Below, piece by piece: positions 34,327 to 43,422 of a stretch of DNA of 64,000 bases (position 1 is the stretch's first letter; each line of letters begins with the position of its first letter). Source of the DNA: Myxococcota bacterium (lineage in GTDB: Bacteria; Myxococcota_A; SURF-8; G963663525); assembly GCA_963676915.2 (NCBI GenBank), contig CAXXVK010000010.1:64001-128000 (forward strand). Reading direction: 5' to 3'. The translations under genes were made by a program, and so were the position numbers. The notes beneath the pieces were generated by a model. The model was not told where the DNA came from. It worked only from the letters and a program-made list of their open reading frames with translations, and did not search any database.

Positions 34327-35085
34327 TTGGGTGTCATACTGAAAACGCCCGATCAAATCAAGCGGATTCGAGACGCCGGACGCATCGTCGGGGAAGTTCA
34401 CGAAGCCCTTGAAAAAATGATCGAGCCGGGTATTAGCACCAAAGAGCTTGATGCTTTTGCCGAAAGTATGATACGAAAGCGGGGCGGGACGCCAACCTTC
34501 AAAGGGTACCGTGGGTTTCCCGCCACGCTTTGCACTTCGAGAAACGAAGTGATCGTTCATGGCATCCCCTCTTCGACGGATCGGCTGGAAGAGGGAGATA
34601 TCATCGGGATCGATCTCGGAGTGACGCTACAAGGGTGGATCGGCGATGCCGCTCGTACCTGGAAAGTAGGGAAGATTTCTTCCCGAGCCGATCAACTGGT
34701 GGAATCCACCAGACGTTCTTTGACGTTGGCGATCGAACAATCGGTTCCCGGAAATCGTCTCGGCGATATCGGAAACGCGATCCAAACCCATGTCGAAGCT
34801 TTTGGGTTTTCCGTTGTGCGAGATTTCGTAGGCCATGGTGTCGGACGTCATCTGCACGAAGATCCGCAAGTTCGGCATTTCGGGATTGCAGGACAGGGAC
34901 GTAGATTGAAAGAAGGTATGGTGATCGCCATCGAGCCGATGATCAACGAAGGCGTCTACGATATCGAAGTTTTGGACGATGACTGGACGGCTGTCACGGC
35001 GGATAGAAAGCTTTCGGCGCATTGGGAAAACACCATTGCCATTACCGCCGAAGGACCGAAGATTTTAACGGAAGTGGAAGACTAA
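34327..35085 (+). CDS. map: Methionine aminopeptidase type I
   Basis: [33 protein letters not shown] and SAHWENT motifs; probable TTG start at 34327. Confidence 0.96.
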   Translation: MGVILKTPDQIKRIRDAGRIVGEVHEALEKMIEPGISTKELDAFAESMIRKRGGTPTFKGYRGFPATLCTSRNEVIVHGIPSSTDRLEEGDIIGIDLGVTLQGWIGDAARTWKVGKISSRADQLVESTRRSLTLAIEQSVPGNRLGDIGNAIQTHVEAFGFSVVRDFVGHGVGRHLHEDPQVRHFGIAGQGRRLKEGMVIAIEPMINEGVYDIEVLDDDWTAVTADRKLSAHWENTIAITAEGPKILTEVED

Positions 35086-35113
35086 GCGAATTAGAAAAGG
35101 GACGAGGCAATCC

Positions 35114-35332
35114 ATGTCAAAAGAAGACATGATCGTTGTGGATGGAATTATCGAAGAATCATTGCCGAATGCAATGTTTCGTGTGAAGTTGGAAAACGAA
35201 CATCTCGTGCTTTGCCATATTTCCGGCAAAATGCGTATGCACTTTATTAAAATTCTCCCTGGAGACCGGGTGAAGGTGGAATTGTCGCCTTACGACCTGA
35301 CCAGGGGACGGATCGTCTACCGGGAAAAGTAA
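35114..35332 (+). CDS. infA: Translation initiation factor IF-1
   Basis: [15 protein letters not shown] and [12 protein letters not shown] motifs. Confidence 0.99.
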   Translation: MSKEDMIVVDGIIEESLPNAMFRVKLENEHLVLCHISGKMRMHFIKILPGDRVKVELSPYDLTRGRIVYREK

Positions 35333-35362
35333 TTTCGATCCCGAACAAGATGGAGAACGACG

Positions 35363-35476
35363 ATGAAAGTCAGAGCCAGCGTGAAAAAAATCTGTGATAA
35401 ATGCAAAATTATCCGTCGAAAAGGAAAAATCCGGGTAATCTGCGAAAACCCCAAGCATAAGCAAGTCCAGGGCTGA
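35363..35476 (+). CDS. rpmJ: 50S ribosomal protein L36 (absent from the ORF track)
   Basis: Manual translation: [37 protein letters not shown] (37 aa), GGAG RBS. Confidence 0.98.
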   Translation: MKVRASVKKICDKCKIIRRKGKIRVICENPKHKQVQG

Positions 35477-35491
35477 GAAAGGAGCTGAGAC

Positions 35492-35857
35492 GTGGCACGT
35501 ATAGCAGGTGTTGACCTCCCGCGTGGTAAGCGGATCGATATCGCCCTGACCTATATTTACGGTATCGGACGTACGACGGCGAAAACGATTCTGTCCAAGG
35601 CGCAAGTCGATGGCGCAACCAAATCGGATAATCTGACGGAAAGCGATATCCAGCAGATCCGGCGCGTGATCGAAGAAGAAGTCAAGGTCGAAGGTGACCT
35701 TCGGCGCGAAGTACAGATGAACATCAAGCGGCTGATGGATCTCGGATGCTACCGAGGCTACCGTCACCGCCGAAAACTTCCGGTGCGCGGGCAACGCACC
35801 CGGACCAACGCTCGGACTCACAAAGGTCCGCGCCGCGTACTTGGCCGCAAGAAATAG
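35492..35857 (+). CDS. rpsM: 30S ribosomal protein S13
   Basis: [10 protein letters not shown] and [14 protein letters not shown] motifs. Confidence 0.99.
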   Translation: MARIAGVDLPRGKRIDIALTYIYGIGRTTAKTILSKAQVDGATKSDNLTESDIQQIRRVIEEEVKVEGDLRREVQMNIKRLMDLGCYRGYRHRRKLPVRGQRTRTNARTHKGPRRVLGRKK

Positions 35858-35896
35858 CGGGAAACCAACCAAAGAGGATTCTGAAAGGGCATAACG

Positions 35897-36286
35897 ATGG
35901 CCAAAGGTGAAAGACGCCAAAAACGACGGGTTCGGAAAAATATCCAAACGGGTATTGCCCACATCAACTCCACGTTCAACAACACGAAAGTGACCATCAC
36001 GGACGTTTCCGGCAATGTCATTGCCTGGAGCAGCGCCGGTGCGATGGGATTTCGTGGCTCGCGTAAAAGCACGCCGTTCGCCGCTCAGACTGCGGCTGAA
36101 GACTGTGCCAAAAAAGCGAAAGAGCATGGATTGCAGAACATTTCCGTGTACGTACGCGGTCCGGGTTCCGGTCGGGAAACCGCCCTTCGCGCTTTGTCCA
36201 GCGCAGGGTTGAAAGTGACCTTGATTCGCGACGTTACGCCGATTCCGCACAATGGCTGCCGGGCGCCCAAAAGACGCCGTGTGTAA
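35897..36286 (+). CDS. rpsK: 30S ribosomal protein S11
   Basis: [16 protein letters not shown] and [11 protein letters not shown] motifs. Confidence 0.99.
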   Translation: MAKGERRQKRRVRKNIQTGIAHINSTFNNTKVTITDVSGNVIAWSSAGAMGFRGSRKSTPFAAQTAAEDCAKKAKEHGLQNISVYVRGPGSGRETALRALSSAGLKVTLIRDVTPIPHNGCRAPKRRRV

Positions 36287-36355
36287 ATTATACTAACACT
36301 GAGATGATATACGATTGCCGGTGATTTTAAAGCCCGGCATTCAAGGAGGAGACCA

Positions 36356-36988
36356 TTGGCTAGGTACACCCAAGCAAAATGCAAGCTTTGCCGCCGCGAA
36401 GGGACGAAGCTCTTTTTGAAGGGAGAACGTTGTTTCACGGCGAAGTGCGCCATGGAGCAGAAACGTCGTCCTTATCCCCCGGGCGAGCACGGACAACGCC
36501 GCAAAAAAACGACGGATTACGGCTTACAGCTTCGTGAAAAGCAGAAAGTTCGTCGTATTTACGGCCTGTTGGAAAAACAGTTCCGCCTGTACTTCAAAAA
36601 AGCCGACAGCATGAAAGGCGTCACCGGCGAGAATCTTCTCAGCCTGTGCGAACGCCGGTTGGATAACGTCGTCTTCCGTCTGGGATTCGCCGGTTCGCGT
36701 GATGAAGCGCGGCAACTCGTCTCCCATCGGCATTTCATGCTGAACGGACGTCGCGTGAGCATTCCGAGCATTCTCGTCAAGGTCGGCGATGTCATCGAAG
36801 TGGTCGAGCGCAGCCGAAAATCTCTGCCGATCACGACGGCCATGGAAACGATCGATCGCCGGGGACTTCCGCCCTGGTTGGAATTGGAAAAGAATACGTT
36901 TAAGGGAACGATCCGGGCTCTGCCGCAGCGTGAGGATATCCAGATGGAGATCAACGAGCGCCTGATCGTCGAATTGTATTCCAAGTAA
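36356..36988 (+). CDS. rpsD: 30S ribosomal protein S4
   Basis: [27 protein letters not shown] and IVELYSK motifs; TTG start. Confidence 0.99.
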   Translation: MARYTQAKCKLCRREGTKLFLKGERCFTAKCAMEQKRRPYPPGEHGQRRKKTTDYGLQLREKQKVRRIYGLLEKQFRLYFKKADSMKGVTGENLLSLCERRLDNVVFRLGFAGSRDEARQLVSHRHFMLNGRRVSIPSILVKVGDVIEVVERSRKSLPITTAMETIDRRGLPPWLELEKNTFKGTIRALPQREDIQMEINERLIVELYSK

Positions 36989-37027
36989 CGCGATTTCTTG
37001 AATTTCTGAAATCTGCGAGGGGAAGCA

Positions 37028-38017
37028 ATGTATAAACATTGGCAGAACATGATCAAGCCGAAAACGTTGGAGGTCAACCGGGACACCCTGACCGACCGTT
37101 TCGGCAAATTCTGGTGTGAACCGCTCGAAAGAGGATACGGGACGACCATTGGCAACTCGCTGCGGCGTATCCTTATTTCATCGCTTCGAGGCGCTGCGGT
37201 GACGGCCATTCGTATCGAGGGTGTGGAGCACGAATTTTCCACGGTGCCCGAGGTGGTCGAGGATGTCACGCAGATGATCCTCAACCTCAAGGTGGTGGAT
37301 CTCAAGCTTCACGATGTCGAAGAGGTCAACGTCTCCATCGACAAAGAAGGTCCGGCTGTCGTGACGGCGGCGGATATCGTCGATAACAAGGTGGAGATTC
37401 TCAATCCCGACCAGCACATCGCCACCATCGGTGAAGGCGGACGGCTCCAGATGGATCTGACCATCGCGGATGGGCGTGGCTATCGGCAGGCCGATCGGTC
37501 CCAAGTGGTCGATCAACCTGTGGATACGATTCCGATCGATGCCAATTTCAGCCCGGTGAGAGAAGTCAACTATCAGGTTACTCCGGCTCGTGTCGGTCAA
37601 GTAATCGACTATGACAAACTCACCATGGAAATCAAGACCAACGGTGCGATCCGACCGGACGATGCCATCGGGCTTGCCGCGAAGATCTTGAAAGAACAGC
37701 TAACGATCTTCATCAACTTCGATGAAGCGATCGAAGCCGTGACCACCGAAGAAGAAAAAGGCGAAGAGGAATACAACAAGAACCTCCTGCGCAGCGTCGA
37801 TGAACTGGAACTTTCGGTGCGGTCGGCAAACTGTCTGCAAAACGCCAGCATTCGTCACATTTACCAGTTGGTGCAGAAGACCGAGAGCGAAATGCTCAAG
37901 ACCAAGAACTTCGGTCGGAAGTCCCTGAGCGAAATCAAAGATATCCTCTCGGAAATGGGATTGTCGCTTGGCATGACGCTTCCCGAAGGCTTCAAGCCGC
38001 CGAAAAAAGAAGAATAA
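37028..38017 (+). CDS. rpoA: RNA polymerase alpha subunit
   Basis: [29 protein letters not shown] and NFGRKSL motifs. Confidence 0.99.
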   Translation: MYKHWQNMIKPKTLEVNRDTLTDRFGKFWCEPLERGYGTTIGNSLRRILISSLRGAAVTAIRIEGVEHEFSTVPEVVEDVTQMILNLKVVDLKLHDVEEVNVSIDKEGPAVVTAADIVDNKVEILNPDQHIATIGEGGRLQMDLTIADGRGYRQADRSQVVDQPVDTIPIDANFSPVREVNYQVTPARVGQVIDYDKLTMEIKTNGAIRPDDAIGLAAKILKEQLTIFINFDEAIEAVTTEEEKGEEEYNKNLLRSVDELELSVRSANCLQNASIRHIYQLVQKTESEMLKTKNFGRKSLSEIKDILSEMGLSLGMTLPEGFKPPKKEE

Positions 38018-38062
38018 ACGTTGGCCCAGGGCCATTAACCGAGTATTTGAGGAGTTGGAATC

Positions 38063-38461
38063 ATGAAACACCGCCGGGCCGGACGCAAACTGCGTCGAAA
38101 TTCCTCGCATCGCAAAGCGCTGATGCGTAATCTTCTTACGTCTCTGATTTTGCACAATCGCATCACGACGACGGAAGCCAAGGCGAAAGAGCTGAGATCG
38201 TACGCTGAGAAAGCCGTTACATTGGCCAAGCAGGGAACCTTGCACGCCAGACGACAGGCTGCGACCATGCTGTACGATCCCGAAGCGCTGCAAAAGCTGT
38301 TTAGCGACATGCCCGAGCGTTTTAAAGAGCGCCAGGGTGGGTATACCCGCGTTTTGAAGCTGGGGAACCGCTTGGGCGACAATGCCCGCATCGCCGTCAT
38401 CGAATACCTCGATGCTCCCGAAGGCGAATCGGTGGAATCCGCCGAGGCTTCGGACGAATAG
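38063..38461 (+). CDS. rplQ: 50S ribosomal protein L17
   Basis: [22 protein letters not shown] and GGYTRV motifs. Confidence 0.98.
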   Translation: MKHRRAGRKLRRNSSHRKALMRNLLTSLILHNRITTTEAKAKELRSYAEKAVTLAKQGTLHARRQAATMLYDPEALQKLFSDMPERFKERQGGYTRVLKLGNRLGDNARIAVIEYLDAPEGESVESAEASDE

Positions 38462-38496
38462 CGAAATAGGGTTTTCCCTTTATAGAACCGCTACTT

Positions 38497-38535
38497 ACAC
38501 CCCGTGTCCGTTGCTTGGACTCGGGGTGTTTTTTT
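38497..38535 (+). terminator. Rho-independent terminator after rplQ
   Basis: ACACCCCG-T-GTCC...GGAC-T-CGGGGTGT stem followed by a T-tract. Confidence 0.8.
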
Positions 38536-38562
38536 GAACAGGGAAGGGTTGGTAGACATCGC

Positions 38563-39687
38563 ATGACCGTGCTGCAAATCGTGATCGTGCTTGTAGTTCC
38601 CATTATCGTGTTGTGGCTGGAACCGAAGGTGAAGCTCATCCAATGGATCTCGTCGGTAATGGTTTGTTACCTCGCCGGTTTGATTCTGGCCAATCAATCG
38701 CTATTGACCATCGATGCCGAGCTATCCAATGAAATGTGCGGGGTGACGGTCGCCCTCGCGATTCCTCTTCTGCTGTATTCGGTGGATGTTCCGGGCTGGC
38801 TGAGGTTGGCCAAACCGACGGTGATTTCCTTTTTGTTGTGTTTGTTGTCGGTTTTTATTCTTTCGATTGCAGCGTTTGCCGTTTTTCACGAAATTTTGCC
38901 GGAAAGCGCGCAGTTGTCCGGAATGCTGATCGGTACCTACACCGGTGGAACACCCAATCTTGCCGCCATTGGTAGAGCGTTGAACGTCGAGCCGGAAGTG
39001 TTCATGATGATCAACTCCGCCGATATCGTAATCGGTGGAGCGTACGTGCCGTTTATGTTCATGTTGGCGGGTCGGGTGTATGGCTGGTTTTTGCCGCCGT
39101 TTCCACATGCATCCGACCGAAAGGAAGAGATAGACGCCTCGGATTTTTCGATGAATCAGGGCGGATTTCCTCCGCTAGCCAGTCTTGTCAAGGGGTTGGG
39201 GTTGACCGTGCTGTTGGTTGGAGCCGGTGTCGGAGCCGGATTGCTTGCACCGGAATCGGTGCGTGATCCCGTGACGATTCTCATGCTGACATCGGGGGCC
39301 ATCGGGTTGTCGTTCGTTCCTTCGATTCGCCATATGAAGGGAACCACCACGATGGGGAATTATTTCCTGCTGGTGTTCTGTGTGGCTATCGGCACAACGG
39401 CGAATATCGAAAAACTGATGGCTTCGTCCACGATTTATATCGGATATGTCGCCTTCGTGATGATCGGCGCCGTGGTGCTGCACCTGGTGTTTTGTACGCT
39501 ATTCCGTCTCGACCGAGACACGGTGCTGATTACCTCGACGGCGGCGATTTACGGCCCTGCGTTCATCGGGCCGGTGGCTATGAACCTGAAAAACCGCGAA
39601 ATCATCGTTAGCGGCATGGCGTCCGGTCTCGTCGGATACGCCATCGGCAACTATCTGGGATTGTTTGTCACCTGGATATTGTCCTGA
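38563..39687 (+). CDS. DUF819-family multi-pass membrane protein
   Basis: LAIPLLL, GTYTGGTPN, STAAIYGP and GLVGYAIGNYLG motifs; about 11 TM helices. Confidence 0.8.
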   Translation: MTVLQIVIVLVVPIIVLWLEPKVKLIQWISSVMVCYLAGLILANQSLLTIDAELSNEMCGVTVALAIPLLLYSVDVPGWLRLAKPTVISFLLCLLSVFILSIAAFAVFHEILPESAQLSGMLIGTYTGGTPNLAAIGRALNVEPEVFMMINSADIVIGGAYVPFMFMLAGRVYGWFLPPFPHASDRKEEIDASDFSMNQGGFPPLASLVKGLGLTVLLVGAGVGAGLLAPESVRDPVTILMLTSGAIGLSFVPSIRHMKGTTTMGNYFLLVFCVAIGTTANIEKLMASSTIYIGYVAFVMIGAVVLHLVFCTLFRLDRDTVLITSTAAIYGPAFIGPVAMNLKNREIIVSGMASGLVGYAIGNYLGLFVTWILS

Positions 39688-39713
39688 TTTATAACCTGCC
39701 TGAATGATTCAAA

Positions 39714-40574
39714 TTAATTCAGAACTCGAGTAACCATGGTTTGCTTGTCCTTCGTCTTTTCCTTGTAAATCCGTTCGTAGGCTTTGGCCTGCTGATAGTC
39801 CTGGAATTTTCCGATACAGACCTTGTACCAAGTCAGGGTATCGTCTACCGGCATTTCCATAATGAACGGCTTGCGGTCGTCGAAGGGCTTGAATTTGTCG
39901 ATCACCTTCTGTGCGCGTTCCCGAGTTCTGAACGAATGAAACTGTACGGTGTACTGCTTTTTCGTAGAATTGGCGGGTTTTTCCACAGGAGGAGGTGGGG
40001 GAGGCGGTGTTTTCGCGACCGTTTTTTTCGGTGCGGGAGGTTCTTTGGTTTCTTTTTTCGGAGCCGGAGCTTTGGCCTTTACTTCGTTGAACGTCGGCGG
40101 CAAAGGTTCTTCGGCTGGGGGAGTTGGTTTGTTTTTCTTTTCTTCGGGTGGAACGTTCGGAACGACTACCGGAGTTTTTTGCTGCGGTGGGGGTGATCCC
40201 GCTCCACGAGCGCGCTGTTCGGTCTGTTCCGCCTGTTGCAGACGAGCCAGAAGGCTCGGACCTTCCGAAGCCGGTTTTGCAGCTTCCGGTTCGGGTGCCT
40301 TTTCAGCTATGGGGGTAGCCTCCGAAGGTGGTGCAAGCAAGGGTTGGTCGGGGTTTGGATTGTCGCCGAATTCATCATTGGTTTCAGTGGGTTGCATAGC
40401 TCCCATAGAGTCGCTTAGGGTGCCGCCGCCCATCTCGATGGATAGTCTCCAGCCCACGTTGATTCCCAAACCGAAAAACAACACCAGCATCAGGAAAATC
40501 CCGGCGAAAATCGCCATCAACTGCCGGTTGTCAAGTTCGAATACATGCTTGACCCGCAGGGGTTCGCCCGCCAT
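39714..40574 (-). CDS. SPOR-domain cell-division protein (FtsN/DedD-like)
   Basis: Single N-terminal TM, Pro/Lys-rich linker and C-terminal YTVQFHSF...WYKVCIGKF. Start set at ATG 40574 from the GGAGG RBS and the promoter. Confidence 0.82.
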   Translation of the reverse strand: MAGEPLRVKHVFELDNRQLMAIFAGIFLMLVLFFGLGINVGWRLSIEMGGGTLSDSMGAMQPTETNDEFGDNPNPDQPLLAPPSEATPIAEKAPEPEAAKPASEGPSLLARLQQAEQTEQRARGAGSPPPQQKTPVVVPNVPPEEKKNKPTPPAEEPLPPTFNEVKAKAPAPKKETKEPPAPKKTVAKTPPPPPPPVEKPANSTKKQYTVQFHSFRTRERAQKVIDKFKPFDDRKPFIMEMPVDDTLTWYKVCIGKFQDYQQAKAYERIYKEKTKDKQTMVTRVLN

Positions 40575-40605
40575 TACCGCCTCCATCCTGAAATCCATTA
40601 AATGG

Positions 40606-40634
40606 AGTATATCCGCCTCGGGAGTCGATGTCAA
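40606..40634 (-). promoter_or_regulatory. Sigma70 promoter of the SPOR gene
   Basis: Minus strand TTGACA-N17-TATACT. Confidence 0.75.
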
Positions 40635-40756
40635 CATCGCCTTCCATTTCAAATCAATGAGCTGAGATCCTACTGAATTCTGGAAAAATAGATCATGGTG
40701 GCGGCGTTTTGTGGTCAAAAAGTGAAATAAGTTCGTAGAAATGACAAATTTCCCGA

Positions 40757-40785
40757 TTGACGGACCGGTGGATGGGCATTACCAT
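40757..40785 (+). promoter_or_regulatory. Sigma70 promoter of gap-pgk
   Basis: TTGACG-N17-TACCAT, divergent from the SPOR promoter. Confidence 0.6.
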
Positions 40786-40863
40786 TAAGATCCTGAAAAT
40801 CAGGGAAGGGGACGAAGGTGTGTGTATTTTTGTCTTTTTTTGTGAAAACCAAAGGAGAATATC

Positions 40864-41895
40864 ATGTCGTTCAAAGTAGCTATTAACGGTTTCGGTCGTA
40901 TCGGTCGTGTCGTTTTTCGCCGGATTCTGGAGAATCCCGACGCCGAGGTCGTGGCCATCAACGATCTCGCCCCGGTGGATACCAGCTATCATCTGGTGCG
41001 CTACGACTCGGTTCACGGACGCCTGAATCGTGAGGTCAGCCGTGACGGAAACAGTCTGGTCATCGACGGCCGAAAGATTCCGATTTCCTCCACCACCGAT
41101 CCCGCCGAAGCGGCGAAGAATTTCGAAGGCGCAGACGTTGTGTTCGAATGCACCGGCAAGATCGTCGGTCCCGATAACCTCAACAAATTCCTGACCGGAA
41201 GCATCAAAAAGGTTCTGCTTTCCCGTCCGATCAAGCCCGGTGAAGAAGACGTTCCGATGTTCGTAATGGGTGTCAACCACAACAAATACGATGGCCAGAA
41301 CATTTTCTCCAACGCTTCCTGCACCACGAACTGTCTGGCCCCGCTGGCCTTCGTGCTGAACAAAAACTTCGGTATCGTCAAGGGCTTGATGACGACGATC
41401 CACTCCTACACGAACGATCAGAACACCCTCGATCAGTACCACAAAGACATGCGCCGTGCCCGTGCCGCCGCGTTGTCGATGATCCCGACGACCACCGGTG
41501 CCGCTCGCGCCGTCGGCAAAGTTCTGCCGGAAGTCAACGGAAAACTGGACGGTTTCGCTATCCGTGTGCCCACTCCCAACGTTTCCCTGGTCGACCTGAC
41601 CGTCAACCTGGAGAAAAACGTCACGATCGAGCAGCTCAACTCCACGGTGCTCGAAGCCAGCAAGGGCGAGTTGAACGGTATTCTGGGATACAACACCGAG
41701 CCTCTGGTTTCCTCCGACTTCAACGGCGACACCCATTCTTCGCATTTCGAAGCGTCGTTGACCTCTCTGCTCGGTAAAGAAGGCGATAACTTCGTGAAGG
41801 TTATCAGCTGGTACGACAACGAAACCGGATACAGCCAGCGTATGGTGGATCTGGCTCGTTACGCTTTGACCGGCGAATTCAAGATCGGCGGTTGA
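40864..41895 (+). CDS. gap: Glyceraldehyde-3-phosphate dehydrogenase type I
   Basis: INGFGRIGR, SNASCTTNCLAP, RVPTPNVS and WYDNE motifs. Confidence 0.98.
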   Translation: MSFKVAINGFGRIGRVVFRRILENPDAEVVAINDLAPVDTSYHLVRYDSVHGRLNREVSRDGNSLVIDGRKIPISSTTDPAEAAKNFEGADVVFECTGKIVGPDNLNKFLTGSIKKVLLSRPIKPGEEDVPMFVMGVNHNKYDGQNIFSNASCTTNCLAPLAFVLNKNFGIVKGLMTTIHSYTNDQNTLDQYHKDMRRARAAALSMIPTTTGAARAVGKVLPEVNGKLDGFAIRVPTPNVSLVDLTVNLEKNVTIEQLNSTVLEASKGELNGILGYNTEPLVSSDFNGDTHSSHFEASLTSLLGKEGDNFVKVISWYDNETGYSQRMVDLARYALTGEFKIGG

Positions 41896-41995
41896 TATCG
41901 ATCGAACTCACGTGAGGCGACCCGCTTCGGATCGTCTCGCGATGATCGATGTTCGAAGGAACGTGTAGAAAGATTATGAAAGACGAGGGTCATCC

Positions 41996-43171
41996 ATGAA
42001 GTCAATCGAACAGTTGGACCTCAAGGATCGGCGAGTGTTTATTCGCGTCGATTTCAACTGCCCCATCGAAAACGGTAAAGTGTCCGATGACAGCCGCATT
42101 CGTGCCGCGTTGCCGACGATTCTTTACGCACTCGATCAGGGCGCACGTGTGATTTTGGCGAGCCACCTGGGACGACCGTCCGGAACGGGCTACGAAAAGG
42201 CATTCAGCCTGGAACCTGTAGCGGCCCGACTGGCGGAGTTGCTGGAAAAAGACGTTGTGATTCCCGACGATTGTGTTGGCGACGGCCCGCGAAAAGTCGT
42301 GATGGATCTGCGTCCCGGACACGCCGTGTTGCTAGAAAACCTGCGTTTCCACAAAGCGGAAAAGAAAAACGACGAAGCTTTTGCCAAACAGTTGGCATCT
42401 CTTTGCGACGTTTACATTAACGATGCCTTCGGTACGGCCCACCGCGCCCATGCCTCCACGGCGGGAATGGCGGCTTTCGTCAAGGAAAAAGCCGTCGGTT
42501 TCCTGATGCAGAAGGAATTCAAGTACCTGCAACCATTGGTGGAAGGCCCGGAAAAACCCTATTACGCGATTCTGGGCGGAGCCAAGGTGTCCGACAAACT
42601 CGGCGTCCTGGAAAACCTGCTCGACAAAGTGGATGCCCTGATGATCGGTGGCGGTATGGCCTATACCTTCCTCAAGGCACAGGGATACAACGTGGGCAAA
42701 TCGCTGTTGGAAAAAGACCGTCTGGACGCGGCAGAACGCATCTTGAAGGGCGCCAAGGCTCGCAACGTGGAAGTCCTGCTCCCGCTGGATCACGTCGTAG
42801 CCAAGGAAGCCGTGGAAGATGTGGAGAAGGAAGTTGTCCTGACAGGATCGATTCCCGACGATGTGGCCGCTTTCGATATCGGAATGCGTACCATCGAAGC
42901 CTACACCAACAAGATCATGTCCGCATCCACGATCTTCTGGAACGGACCCATGGGCGTGTTCGAAGTCTTTCCTTTCGACAAGGGAACCATGAGCATCGCC
43001 GAGGCCGTGGCCTCCTCCGGGTGTGTCTCGGTCGTGGGTGGCGGAGACTCCGTGGCTGCCGTGAATCGTTCCGGCGTCGCCGACAAAATCAGCCACATTT
43101 CGACGGGTGGCGGTGCGAGCCTCGAATTCATCCAAGGTCTGGCTTTGCCTGGTTTCGAAGCGCTTAAATAA
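41996..43171 (+). CDS. pgk: Phosphoglycerate kinase
   Basis: [33 protein letters not shown] and STGGGASLE motifs. Confidence 0.99.
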   Translation: MKSIEQLDLKDRRVFIRVDFNCPIENGKVSDDSRIRAALPTILYALDQGARVILASHLGRPSGTGYEKAFSLEPVAARLAELLEKDVVIPDDCVGDGPRKVVMDLRPGHAVLLENLRFHKAEKKNDEAFAKQLASLCDVYINDAFGTAHRAHASTAGMAAFVKEKAVGFLMQKEFKYLQPLVEGPEKPYYAILGGAKVSDKLGVLENLLDKVDALMIGGGMAYTFLKAQGYNVGKSLLEKDRLDAAERILKGAKARNVEVLLPLDHVVAKEAVEDVEKEVVLTGSIPDDVAAFDIGMRTIEAYTNKIMSASTIFWNGPMGVFEVFPFDKGTMSIAEAVASSGCVSVVGGGDSVAAVNRSGVADKISHISTGGGASLEFIQGLALPGFEALK

Positions 43172-43199
43172 CGGGAACCTATCGCCCGAACGTCCATCC

Positions 43200-43237
43200 A
43201 ACGCCCTGTCGTTTTCTTTCGACAGGGCGTTTTTTTG
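43200..43237 (+). terminator. Rho-independent terminator after pgk
   Basis: AACGCCCTGTCG...CGACAGGGCGTT stem followed by a T-tract. Confidence 0.85.
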
Positions 43238-43422
43238 CTTCTTTTCCGGATGGAATGTGAAATCTTCCTTTCTTGCACGTATTTTGCCGTCTTTGCCTTG
43301 ATTCTCTCGAACAAAACGATTATGACTATGCGCGGGACATCCTTAAAAGACGGTGGGCTTGCTTCTGTGTGAATTCCGTGCTTCGTGAATTTTTTTCATT
43401 GACCGAAGGAGGTACAGAAACG

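Noticed and set aside
39690-39713. TAACCTGCCTGAATGATTCA resembling the end of the 180-bp element
   Set aside because: Too short, with no partner end; could be chance.
40575-40718. Longer N-termini given by the ORF track (SPOR gene; also 43273, 59150, 61249, 34270)
   Set aside because: Better RBS and promoter evidence supports downstream starts.
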